From NCBI GenBank assembly GCA_943787795.1, contig CALSNU010000002.1, forward strand, positions 672,001-736,000: DNA of 64,000 nt. Reading direction: 5' to 3'. The DNA comes from an uncultured bacterium. GTDB lineage: Bacteria > Planctomycetota > UBA1135 > GCA-002686595. The notes beneath the pieces are model-generated. The model saw only the letters and a list, made by a program, of their open reading frames with translations, was not told the DNA's origin and made no database searches. Positions 41,245 through 50,989 of this stretch are shown here, one piece after another (position 1 is the stretch's first letter; each line of letters opens with the position of its first letter). The position numbers and the translations under genes are program-made.

Positions 41245-42432
41245 ATGAACATCCAACGCTCCTCAACGGGGCTCATCGCGGCGCTGGCCGTGGCTGGACT
41301 GACGTCCGCCGCGCTCACGCCCACCGGACCGAACGAGGGCTGGGCTTCATCGAGCATGAAGCACCGCGCCTCCGAGAAGTTCGACTACGTCCTCGGCCAG
41401 GAGAAGTGGCAGTCCCTGGGGGACGAGATCACCCTCTTCGGCCAGGAGTTCCCCGTCGAGATGATCGGCCCCGTGCACTTCGAGATCGACTCGAACGGTG
41501 ACGGCCGGGTCGACCGTGACATCAAGGGTTCCGACGGCTTCGTCGACCTCAAGGGCGAGGACGCCGAGGGCCAGGTCTTCCACTACGGCGTCCGCTTCCG
41601 CAACGACGGCGAGCGCAAGTGGAGCTGGACCGCCTCGGGCGCCATGACCGGCAAGGTCGAGGGGCTCACCATGGCGGTCATCGACGCCAATGCCAACGGG
41701 CGCTACGACGACCTGGGCGTCGACGGCCTCGCCATCGGCAAGGACCGCGGCGCGGGCTACGTCTCCCGCATCGTCAGCATCGACGGCGAGCTCTTCGAAT
41801 TCGAGGTCAACGCCGACGGCACCGAGGTCAAGACCCGGCCCTACACGGGCGAGACGGGCCTCCTCAAGCTCAAGACGATCAAGGGCATCAAGGCCAGCGT
41901 GGTGACGGCCATCGCCCGCCAGGGCAAGGACGTGTCCTTCCAGATCGCCGGCGCCAAGAAGGGCATGGTGGTCCCCGTCGGGGACTACGTCCTCGCGGAC
42001 GCCTTCCTGAAGGGCGGCTCCGAGACGGCGCGGATCCGCATGGGCCGCATGGAGCGGCTGGAGGTGGCCACGGACGGTGAGGTCGAGCTCCAGCTCGGCG
42101 GCCCGCTCGTGGGCGAGGTCCCCACGCCTCGTCTGCAGGACGGCAAGGCGGTGGTCAGCCCCAACGTCCAGGTCTTCGGCTCGCTCGGCGAGGAGTACTA
42201 CGACTTCCAGCCCAAGGGCAAGGTCCCGACCTTCGAGCTCTACGACGCCAACACCGGCAAGCGCCTGCAGAAGGGCAAGTTCCCCTCTGGCTGATGAGGC
42301 TCGGCCCTCCCGGTCACCGTGGGTGTACCGAACCAAACCGACCTTGACGTGATGGTCCTCAGCGAGCGGAAGATGTTCGGCAAGCTGAAGGCGAAACCCC
42401 GCCAACGGAAGGGGCCGCGCTCGCCGCGCTGA
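41245..42432 (+). CDS. Secreted beta-rich protein; candidate selenoprotein with tandem UGA-UGA at 42292-42297 (conventional call ends at 42294)
   Basis: AAGGAG RBS; signal peptide; DSNGDG and DANANG Ca-loop-like motifs; GKFPSG-TGA-TGA-GSALPVTVGVP..FGKLKAKP..TGA at 42430-42432; SECIS-like hairpin; hairpin terminator only after 42432. The CDS is well supported; the extension is inferred. Confidence 0.65.
42311..42330 (+). promoter_or_regulatory. Putative bacterial SECIS element
   Basis: CGGT-CACC-[GTG]-GGTG-(T bulge)-ACCG; G-starting loop 21 nt after the second UGA and 24 nt after the first. Confidence 0.6.
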
Positions 42433-42471
42433 CGGCTCCACCGATCCCCGCCGGGTCGGGGACCCAGGAAT

Positions 42472-42515
42472 CGAGAGAGGCCCCGCCCAGCGACCACTTG
42501 GCGGGGCCTCTCTCG
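42472..42515 (+). terminator. Perfect 16-bp stem hairpin (putative terminator)
   Basis: cgagagaggccccgcc - 12-nt loop - ggcggggcctctctcg. Confidence 0.75.
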
Positions 42516-42582
42516 TCGTTCCAATGGACCGGCGGACAAGAGGTCCAAGGGCGCCATTCTGTGCGGCAGCGGGTCCTTGGGT

Positions 42583-43325
42583 GAATAGGAGGATGGGAGT
42601 AACGGGCGGGGCGCGGCCCAGGGAAGGGCCGCCGACGCCGGGTTGACCTGGGGCTGGAGAGGAAATGCCAAGCCCGCAGAGCTCGGAGTCCCATGATTAC
42701 GCCCGGACGCCGCACAGTCCAACCACGAGGAGTAGCGGGCGCCCGGTGGGGGACATTGGCTTCGAGGTGGGCCTTGGGCCGTGGAGGGACTCGACTCAGG
42801 CGAATCCAGTTGTGGCTCGGGGCATGCGGGCGCCAACGCCGGGCGCCGACTCCCGGGGCTCGCCGCTCAGGCTGAGGTCGAGGAGGATCTCCCGCGTCGC
42901 GAGCGGGTCCGAGATCGTGGTGACGCGATGGCGGCCCCCGCGACCCTTGGGGTATCGCAGCACGTCCGCCGCGAAGGTCCGACGGAGGAGCTCGGCCCAG
43001 CTATGCGCCCTGCCCGAGCGCAGGGATCGCCCTCGCCGACGTCCCGGTGCCGCGGGGAACCGCGCGGCACGGCGGCATCGCGCGGTGGCGACGAGAGGGC
43101 GAGAACGCCGAGGCACGCCCACCGGTGCTGCCGCGGGTGGGGGACCAAGGCGACGAGCCGCTAGAGGAAGGCGAGAGGGGGGTCGAAGGCGAAGGCTCGC
43201 GCGCCGTCGCGGCGGACGGCGAGCTGGCCTTGCGCGAGGGCGGGGCAAGCGACATTGCGCCCGGGGCGTTTGAGCCGAAGGCCTTCCTCGGCCTCGAGGT
43301 GGATGGCCGCGTGGAGGGGGTCCCG
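42583..43325 (-). mobile_element. Decayed IS91/ISCR-family rolling-circle transposase remnant
   Basis: LHAAI..FDPPLAFL*RLVALVPHPR..LGVLA, then frameshifted SWAELLRRTFAADVL..ISDP..REIL; in-frame TAG at 43161-43163; oriIS-like CTCCTATTC near 42583. Confidence 0.75.
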
Positions 43326-43554
43326 GCCGAGCTTCCATTGAACTCCTCAGGTGGCACGACGTTCGTCTCGGTGGCGCGCAAGCTCACAGCCGGATCGCTG
43401 GCCTCGAAATCCTGCACTCACGCTCGCAATCCGATCTGCTAGTCAGGGCCAGTCATCGGATCGTCGAGTATCGCCTGGGTCCGAATATCAAGCGATGATA
43501 TAGTCTTCAAGACCCTATTTCTGGAGATGCAATCGCACCACAAGAGAGTGAAAA

Positions 43555-44337
43555 GTGAACGAAGATAGACGCTCCATTTCGGACGAGATTCCGGTTAAGC
43601 GGGAGGGGCTCGGGGAGCAATCGGAGGGTGGCGAGCTAAATTCGAACATCCATTCGGCTGACGCTAAAGTATTCATAATTGGACTCAATAAGACCGGTAC
43701 GACCTTCATGGGCGACCTCTTGTCCAACGCCGGTCTTCGAGTCGAGGGCTACAGCGGCGCAATGCTCATGGAGTACCGCCAGAGTGGATTCACGGACCTT
43801 ATCAAGGATCACATACGCCGGTTCGACGCGTTTCAGGATCTCCCTTGGCCCTTCATGTACAAGCATCTGGTGAATGCTTACCCCGATGCGCTCTTCATAC
43901 TCACCACTAGGTCCAGCAAGGAAGTCTGGTACAACTCAATACGCAGGCACAGCCTGACGTTGAACCCGTTCCATAGCGGCACCAAGTGGGCGTATGGTCT
44001 GATGTATCCCAATTGGCATAGGGGGGAATTTGAGGATGCCTATGAACGTCACAACCAAGGGGTGATTGACGCAGTGCCAAGTGAGAGATTACTTCTTGTC
44101 AATATAGATCAAATTGATAAGGGCACTATTACTTCAATGGGGCGGTTTCTTCATCGAGAACTCGCGATGAGTTTAGAGAGGGTCAATGGTGGCGATGAGC
44201 GCCTGGCGCAGACGAACCTGCGCATGGTGCTGCTGAATAGACTGTTCCAGTTACTGCACGCGTTCGAACGACCGGAGTTCGGTCGATCTTCGAACGTGGT
44301 CTACAGGTTGATAAAGGCGATCTCTGGCAAGGGGTGA
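43555..44337 (+). CDS. Sulfotransferase-family P-loop protein (AT-richer)
   Basis: KVFIIGLNKTGTT, DLPW, YPDALFILTTR..WYNS, RHN..RLL. Confidence 0.85.
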   Translation: MNEDRRSISDEIPVKREGLGEQSEGGELNSNIHSADAKVFIIGLNKTGTTFMGDLLSNAGLRVEGYSGAMLMEYRQSGFTDLIKDHIRRFDAFQDLPWPFMYKHLVNAYPDALFILTTRSSKEVWYNSIRRHSLTLNPFHSGTKWAYGLMYPNWHRGEFEDAYERHNQGVIDAVPSERLLLVNIDQIDKGTITSMGRFLHRELAMSLERVNGGDERLAQTNLRMVLLNRLFQLLHAFERPEFGRSSNVVYRLIKAISGKG

Positions 44338-45020
44338 ATTCGATCGCGCGATGGCACTCGCTGCGAGAACTGACTCTCAAGTCTCTCCACGGGTCCGCCC
44401 CCCCCGACCACACATCGGGAGCGTGGCGCGCATGCGGCCTCCAGAGGCCGAACTCAACTGGTGTGAAGGCGGAGTTTCTTGGGCCCTGGCGCGGGCCAAC
44501 TCACTCTTCCCAGGCAACCGGCGTCAACGATCTGGCACCGCGCGCTTTGTATGAACGGTCAGAGAAGTTGTCTCATGTGATGGCCAGGCTCGGCCGAGGG
44601 CAGTCTTGGGGTCGGCCACGAGCGCGGAGCGTCCTCCGCTGGGCTCGTCGCCAGCATCATTTGACCCGCGCTGCGAGCGACAAGCGTGGATCTGGCCTCC
44701 GGTGCGGCCCTCCGCCCCCTTTTTCTAACCTTCGCTTTCTGGTCAGGAGCCCTTGGTTCGCACAGGCACGCGTTGGGGAAGGGCGACGCCCGATCCGTCT
44801 GCGACAGCCCGCCCACGAACTGTGGCGGGCTGGCCCATCGGCTATGCGGCCCGTGATGAGAGCCTGCCGACGCTGTCAAGAAACGGCTGAGGGGGACCGT
44901 CGTCGCTGGAGCTGCTGCTCGCCATGTCTCCCAGCTCAGTTGATCACCGCCCAATCGGGCGGTCTCCTGCTCTTGCTGATGGGCGGCGCAGCCTGGTCGG
45001 GCAGAAGGCGAGGCCAAACC

Positions 45021-46010
45021 TCAGGAGAACAACTCGTTTGTGAAGGCGAAGTAGTCATCCCCCAGGGCGTCGTGGAACTCAGAATACTCTCTCTCCAGGT
45101 CCAAAGAGGTTCCAGGATCAAACCTCGAGATCGCCACGGCTCTCAAGGTCTCGTCACCGGAGTGTTCCAGGGCTTGCCTCCAGAAGTACGACCCGCGATA
45201 ACTATAGGTGTCACTGGTGACATGGGGTTTAGCCACGCTTCCGATGTGGTAGACCGAAGCGGGGTCACCCCGCCCATCTTGGTGACGGGCAACGAACTCA
45301 AAGTGCAAACCGTCCCGTACGCCCAGCAAGAAGATGAGCTTGAGCGTGTCGATATAGTCCTTATGTGGCTCGAACATATTGCTCTCATTTACGCCCATCT
45401 CCGCTAGGGCAGCCTTGGCCTGATCATTGATCTTGTCCCAGCGATACAGCCTTGAGTCGACCTTGTACTTTCGCATGATTCGCTTCATGTTGTTGATCTG
45501 AAAGTAGATGAGGAAGGTCTCTGGGGTAACGATCCCAAGGGAGTCGTTACGGAACATGAAGGTGGCCGCTGCTAGCTGATTTTCCTCTGGAGAAGACATT
45601 TGATGTATCAGTGATCCATCCATGACGAAACAGTCGTAGTCCATGATTCCGAAGTCCAATCGCCAGACCCTCAGTAGCGTATTTAGAACCTGGTGGTGGT
45701 GCAGGGGGACCTGACTGATGAGGAGTGGGTAATCAGGCAGATTCTCACGGATCCACTCGTTCTCTTCATCGCTGAGTCCGTTGGAGACGAGGACGACTCG
45801 GCACTCGCGCTCGATCTTCTTCATCGCCAATTCAGCGATATGGAGGCTCGCTGGCATGAGCACGACGAAGTAGGTCCTCTCGACCTGTGTCAGGGCAGAC
45901 AGTTGCCTCTTCAAGGACCACCGCGCGGGCAAGCGCCGGATCGCGCGGCTGATGAGTTCGAGTCTTCGTGAGGGCATGTCTGTTGTCGGGACGCAGGCAG
46001 AGAGTTCCAA
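45021..46010 (-). CDS. Hypothetical protein, possible GT-A glycosyltransferase (AT-richer)
   Basis: FGIMDYDCF DxD-like motif, YIDT, YHIG; start uncertain. Confidence 0.6.
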   Translation of the reverse strand: MELSACVPTTDMPSRRLELISRAIRRLPARWSLKRQLSALTQVERTYFVVLMPASLHIAELAMKKIERECRVVLVSNGLSDEENEWIRENLPDYPLLISQVPLHHHQVLNTLLRVWRLDFGIMDYDCFVMDGSLIHQMSSPEENQLAAATFMFRNDSLGIVTPETFLIYFQINNMKRIMRKYKVDSRLYRWDKINDQAKAALAEMGVNESNMFEPHKDYIDTLKLIFLLGVRDGLHFEFVARHQDGRGDPASVYHIGSVAKPHVTSDTYSYRGSYFWRQALEHSGDETLRAVAISRFDPGTSLDLEREYSEFHDALGDDYFAFTNELFS

Positions 46011-46365
46011 GCGTAACTCCTGGCCGAGCCGAGAGTCTCAGGGAGAGGTTCGCTACTCGTCGGGATCATCCTGTTTGGGCTTCCCCTCGCGGCGGGCAAG
46101 AGGCCCAGGTTGCAGTCTTGTAGAGGTGACGAGCGAGCGTGCGGCGAGGGGGTAGGAAAGCGTAGCCGTCACCCCGGGGATCAGGGCACCGGGTCACGCG
46201 CTACCAAACATCACGGATGGATCTGATTCGCCTTGCGCGTGAGCGGTGAAGGAGAGGCTCCCGCTTGTCGATCGCTTCGCGGGGCTTCTATTGATTCCAG
46301 GGCGGATCGTGGCGTGCGATCTAGACTCCAGCGAGTCCCCTCAGTTCCTCCATCGGAACCCCTCC

Positions 46366-48792
46366 ATGCGCACCGCCACGTTCCTCGTCTCCGCCGCCCT
46401 CGCCGCCGCCGTTCCCGCTCCCGCACAGGAGGGCTACCGCCTCCCGCCTCAGGAGGTCGTCGACCTGGTCACGGCGGCCCCCGCGCCGTCGGTCAGCTTC
46501 AGCCCGACGGGCGCCTGGATGCTGATGACCCACCGGGAGGCCCTGCCCTCCATCGAGGACCTCACGCGGCCGATGCTGCGCCTCGCGGGCATGCGCATCG
46601 ACCCCCAGGCCGCCGCGCGCTTCACCACCAGCTTCGGGTCGCGGGTGGTCCTCTCGCCGCTCATGAATGGGGACACCGAGGGGACCCCCGACGCGGAGGT
46701 TCAACTCCCCGCGGGCGCCCGGGTGGCGGGCACCTCGTGGTCGCCGGACGGCGCGCGCTTCGTGGTGACCGTGGTCACTGACGGCGGCAGCGAGCTCTGG
46801 GCGGGCCGCAGCGACGGCGGCGGCGCCACCCGCCTCGTCACCGACCGGCTGCACACCCTGACCGGCGGGCCGAGCTGGGGACGCGAGGGGGACACGGTGC
46901 TCTGCCGCCTCGTGCCGGAGGACCGCGGCGAGGCGCCCGTGGCGTCCACGGTGCCCACCGGGCCCAACGTCCAGCAGACCGACGGGAGCAAGTCGCCCCT
47001 GCGCACCTACCAGGACCTGCTCACCAGCGCCCACGACGCGGACACCTGGGAGTATCACGCCACCAGCGAGTTGGCGCTCGTCGACCTCGACACCTCCGAG
47101 GTGAGGTCCCTGGGCACCGGGGTCTTCTCCAGCGCGAGCCTCTCGCCCGACGAGCTCTGGCTGATGACCGCGCGCGTCCAGCGGCCGTACTCGTACCTGA
47201 TGCCCTCGTACCTGTTCCCCCAGCGGATTGAGGTGGCCCCGGTCGCCGACCTCGATTCGCCCTCGGTCACCTTCGACATTCCGCTTGGCGAGGGCATCCC
47301 CATCGGCGGCGTCCGCACGGGCCCCCGGAGCTTCCAGTGGGCCGCCAGTCGCCCTGCGACGCTCTTCTGGGCGGAAGCTCTCGACGGCGGGGATCCCAAG
47401 GCCGAGGCGGCGCACCGGGACCGCTGGATGGCAATCAGCGCGCCCTTCGCCCGGACCGCCGACGGGACCCTCGCGGCGGAGGAGGTCGTGCGCGTCGAGC
47501 ACCGCGCCCGGGGGCTGATGTTCCTGGAGGACCCCGGCCGCCTGATCACCTCGGAATACGACCGGGACCGACGCTGGACGCGGACCCTGCTCCACCAGCT
47601 GGGCGGAGAGGGGGAGCCGTTGGTGCTCGAGGATCGCAGCTCCCAGGACCGATACGCCGATCCGGGCACCCTCGCCATGGTCGCGGGGCCCTACGGACGC
47701 ATGGTGGTGCGTCAGCACGGGGACGGCGCCCTCCGCACGGGCCGCGGCTCGAGCCCGGACGGGGACCTGCCGTTCCTCAGTCAGCAGGACCTCAGCACCG
47801 GGGCGACCAAGGTCCTCTGGCGCTGTGAACCAGGCGCCTACGAGACGGTGGCTGCGCTCCCATGGGAGCCCGGGATCTTCGGGCGCTTCATTACGCGCCG
47901 TGAGTCGAAGACGGCGCCCCCCAACTACGCGATCCGCACGCCGGGGCTCCCGGGGTTCGACGCCGTCACCGACTTCCCCGACCCGCAGCCGAGCCTGCGC
48001 GGGATCAAGAAGCAGCGGGTCACCTACGACCGCGCCGATGGCGTGCCCCTCTCGGCGACCCTCTACCTGCCGGCGGACCACCAGCCCGGCGAGCGCCTGC
48101 CGCTGCTCGTTTGGGGCTACCCCCGGGAGTTCAACGACGCCAGCACCGCGGGCCAGGTCAGCGGCTCCACGGACCGCTTCACCCGCCTCTCCGGCACCAG
48201 CCACCTCTTCCTGGTGACCCAGGGCTACGCGGTGATGGACGGCGCCACCATGCCGATCATCGGGGACGCGGAGACCATGAACGACACGTTCATCACGCAG
48301 CTCGTCGCGTCGGCCCAGGCCGCCATCGACGCGGCGGCGGAGCTCGGCGTGGCGGACCCCGAGCGGGTCGGGGTCGCGGGCCACAGCTACGGCGCGTTCA
48401 TGACCACCAACCTGCTGGCCCACTGCGATCTGTTCCGCGCCGGCATCGCGCGCAGCGGCGCCTACAACCGGACGCTCACGCCCTTCGGGTTCCAGTCCGA
48501 GCGCCGCACGTTCTGGGAGGCGCCGGAGACGTATTTCGCCGTCTCGCCGTTCATGCACGCCCACAAGATCAACGAGCCGCTGCTCCTCATCCACGGTGAA
48601 GCGGACAACAACTCGGGGACCTTCCCCGTGCAGTCGAAGCGGCTCTATCAGGCGGTCAAGGGGAACGGTGGCACGTCGCGGCTGGTGATGCTCCCGGGAG
48701 AGAGCCACGGGTATCGCGCGCGTGAGTCGGTCCTTCACGTGCTGGCCGAGATGGTCCAGTGGATGGACACCCACGTGAAGGGCGAGGGGTGA
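46366..48792 (+). CDS. S9 family serine peptidase (glutamyl endopeptidase-like), secreted
   Basis: GHSYGAFM nucleophile, ARSGAYNRTLTPFGFQ, HGEADNNSGT, ESHGY. Confidence 0.95.
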   Translation: MRTATFLVSAALAAAVPAPAQEGYRLPPQEVVDLVTAAPAPSVSFSPTGAWMLMTHREALPSIEDLTRPMLRLAGMRIDPQAAARFTTSFGSRVVLSPLMNGDTEGTPDAEVQLPAGARVAGTSWSPDGARFVVTVVTDGGSELWAGRSDGGGATRLVTDRLHTLTGGPSWGREGDTVLCRLVPEDRGEAPVASTVPTGPNVQQTDGSKSPLRTYQDLLTSAHDADTWEYHATSELALVDLDTSEVRSLGTGVFSSASLSPDELWLMTARVQRPYSYLMPSYLFPQRIEVAPVADLDSPSVTFDIPLGEGIPIGGVRTGPRSFQWAASRPATLFWAEALDGGDPKAEAAHRDRWMAISAPFARTADGTLAAEEVVRVEHRARGLMFLEDPGRLITSEYDRDRRWTRTLLHQLGGEGEPLVLEDRSSQDRYADPGTLAMVAGPYGRMVVRQHGDGALRTGRGSSPDGDLPFLSQQDLSTGATKVLWRCEPGAYETVAALPWEPGIFGRFITRRESKTAPPNYAIRTPGLPGFDAVTDFPDPQPSLRGIKKQRVTYDRADGVPLSATLYLPADHQPGERLPLLVWGYPREFNDASTAGQVSGSTDRFTRLSGTSHLFLVTQGYAVMDGATMPIIGDAETMNDTFITQLVASAQAAIDAAAELGVADPERVGVAGHSYGAFMTTNLLAHCDLFRAGIARSGAYNRTLTPFGFQSERRTFWEAPETYFAVSPFMHAHKINEPLLLIHGEADNNSGTFPVQSKRLYQAVKGNGGTSRLVMLPGESHGYRARESVLHVLAEMVQWMDTHVKGEG

Positions 48793-49168
48793 CCGGGCGA
48801 CCCGCGACCTGGCCTACCGCCGACGCTGTGATCTGGCTCCTTCAGGGCTGACGGGCCAGAAGCTCAGACCGCGGGTCCGGGAAGGCGGGCTCCAGCAAGG
48901 TGCGGGGCGGGCGTTGCTGAGCCTGTTGGAGCGATCGGCTGGGGGTGAGGGATGGTCAGCGGGTCGGCTGTGAGGCGGGCACCGGCTCACAGCTCCCAGG
49001 GGGCAGGGGGCGCGGTTCTTGGCGGGGAGTCCTCCTGCTCCGGCCCCTTGGTTAGGGGTAACCGCTAGGTGTTGGCCTGGGGTGGCTGGCCCAGGACACC
49101 GGGGTAGCTTGAGATTGGGTGCGGGCCGTGGCTCGTTCCGCCTTTCTCTCCCTCCTTTCTCGCCCGCC

Positions 49169-50095
49169 ATGATCTCCACCGTCCTCCTGTTAGCCCTCTC
49201 CGCTAGTCCAGCTCCCCTCTCTGCGAACACCCCTGCTGAGGGCTGCACGCCCGGTTATTGGAAGACCCATCTGGAGCGATGGGATGGTGTTGGCTCGAAC
49301 GACTTCACCCAGTCCGTGGTGGCCAGCCTCTCCTTCAACGGGGTGTTCGGAGTGACCTCCACAGAGTCAGGGCTGGCCGAGACGGCGACCCTCTTCGACG
49401 CGACGTCGCTCATGGGTGGGGGCCTCGAAGCCCTCAACCGTCACGCCGCTGCGGCCGCCGCGAGCGCGGACTCGGTCGACTATTCGATCACCCTTGGCCA
49501 GGTCATCGATACCTATCGGTCGGCCGTGCTTGGCTCCGCCGGCATCGAGTCCACCAAGGCGATGCTCGAGGGCTATAACGAGCTCGGATGCCCGCTCCAT
49601 AACTCTCCGCCGCCCCCCCCGATCACCTTTTGCTTCGCGGACCAGGGCGACTGCCCCTGCGCGAACGAGTCGCTGCTCGGCGGCTGCGGTAACTCCTCTG
49701 GGCTCGGCGCGCTCATCGGCACGGCTGGCTCCTCGAGCGTGGCGGCTGACGACCTCAATCTGATCGCGACCCAGCTCCCCGCCAACGCGACCGTGCTCTT
49801 CCTTGCGGCCAACATGCTCAGCCGCTCGCCCTTCATGGACGGGCTCCTCTGCATCGGCGGGCCGGGCTCCAAGATCTACCGGCTCCCCCCCGCCACCACT
49901 TCTGGAGCGGACGGGAGCGCGACCCTCGGGTCCGGTCTTGTGGCCCTGTCCAACACCAACGCGGTGCCCATCAAGGGCGGGATCATCCCCGGTGATACGT
50001 GGTACTTCCAGACGTTCTTCCGCGACATGGGCGCGGGCGGATGTGGGACGGGCGCGAACACCAGCAACGTCGTGGGTGTGACCTTCACCCCCTGA
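49169..50095 (+). CDS. Secreted protein with GCTPGYWK domain and lineage-typical C-terminal domain
   Basis: Signal peptide; EGCTPGYWKTH; Pro linker; FC..CPCAN..GCGNS..GLLCIGG..TWYFQTFFRD..NTSN. Confidence 0.8.
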   Translation: MISTVLLLALSASPAPLSANTPAEGCTPGYWKTHLERWDGVGSNDFTQSVVASLSFNGVFGVTSTESGLAETATLFDATSLMGGGLEALNRHAAAAAASADSVDYSITLGQVIDTYRSAVLGSAGIESTKAMLEGYNELGCPLHNSPPPPPITFCFADQGDCPCANESLLGGCGNSSGLGALIGTAGSSSVAADDLNLIATQLPANATVLFLAANMLSRSPFMDGLLCIGGPGSKIYRLPPATTSGADGSATLGSGLVALSNTNAVPIKGGIIPGDTWYFQTFFRDMGAGGCGTGANTSNVVGVTFTP

Positions 50096-50197
50096 TCGGT
50101 CCTCGATCACCCAGAGATTCACGGCGTCGGGGCCGTCGCGCCGGGCGCGGCGGCCCCGACGCCCATTGGTGGGCCCCCCCGCCGCTAGACTCAGGCG

Positions 50198-50875
50198 ATG
50201 CGGAACCCGGCGCCCATTCTCTCCCTCGTCCTCCTCGGCTGCTCGTCGGCTCCCGGCGAGCTCTCCTACCCCCTCGACGCCCCGTCGCCGGAGGGGACCT
50301 TCGACTGGTCGGACCCCGAGGCCTTCGGGTGGAGCGATCGCTTCGGGGGCGGCCTCGCCCTCATGGGGCGCGCGGACTACGCGCCGCCGCACCGCTCGCC
50401 CCTGGCCATCGCGCTGCTGGACGGGGTCGAGTTTCGCAGCTTCGAGCTCGAGGCGGACCTCTTGCAGTCAGGCCGGGAGTACGGCCACCGGGACCTGTGC
50501 CTGTTCCTGGGCTTCGAGGCGCCAGACCGCTTCTACTACGTGCACATGGCCACCACCCCGGATCAGAACGCCCACAACGTGTTCCTGGTGGACGGGGCCC
50601 CGCGGCGGAATTTGATCGCGCCGAGGGAGCGCGGCGTGGAGTGGGGCCAGGAGGAGTGGCACCACGTGAAGCTGGTGCGGGACGTGGACGCGGGAACCAT
50701 CCGGGTCTGGTTCGACGACATGGAGACCCCGGTGCTCGAGGCAGAGGACCGCACCCTCGAGTGGGGCCGGGTCGGCTTCGGGTCCTTCGATGACGAGGGC
50801 ATGATCCGCAACCTCGAGATCCGCAGCGCCCAGTCGCGGCCGGTGGATCCGCAAGGGAGCCCGTTCGGGGGCTGA
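50198..50875 (+). CDS. Lipoprotein with ConA-like/DUF1080-like domain
   Basis: Lipobox LLGC; FYYVH, WHHVKLVR, GRVGFGSFDD. Confidence 0.7.
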   Translation: MRNPAPILSLVLLGCSSAPGELSYPLDAPSPEGTFDWSDPEAFGWSDRFGGGLALMGRADYAPPHRSPLAIALLDGVEFRSFELEADLLQSGREYGHRDLCLFLGFEAPDRFYYVHMATTPDQNAHNVFLVDGAPRRNLIAPRERGVEWGQEEWHHVKLVRDVDAGTIRVWFDDMETPVLEAEDRTLEWGRVGFGSFDDEGMIRNLEIRSAQSRPVDPQGSPFGG

Positions 50876-50903
50876 CTCACTCGGGGCGCCCGCCCGCGCG
50901 GCC

Positions 50904-50968
50904 CGGTCCAGGGACTCGGTCCAGGGACCCAATCCAGGGAACCAGTCCAGTGACCCTGCCCAGTGGTC
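50904..50968. repeat. Intergenic degenerate 13-bp tandem repeat x5
   Basis: cggtccagggact cggtccagggacc caatccagggaac cagtccagtgacc ctgcccagtggtc. Confidence 0.8.
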
Positions 50969-50989
50969 AGGGCCGCGCACACCGGCTCG

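Noticed and set aside
41245..42432. Genome-wide UGA reassignment (genetic code 4 or 25) as the explanation for TGA-TGA
   Set aside because: Many conserved genes in the window end properly at TGA (POT, GH30, TviB, S9) and use TGG for Trp
44334..45407. 357-aa plus-strand ORF
   Set aside because: Arg/Pro-rich with no motifs, and overlaps the better minus-strand gene; 44340-45020 may be degraded DNA that I could not assign
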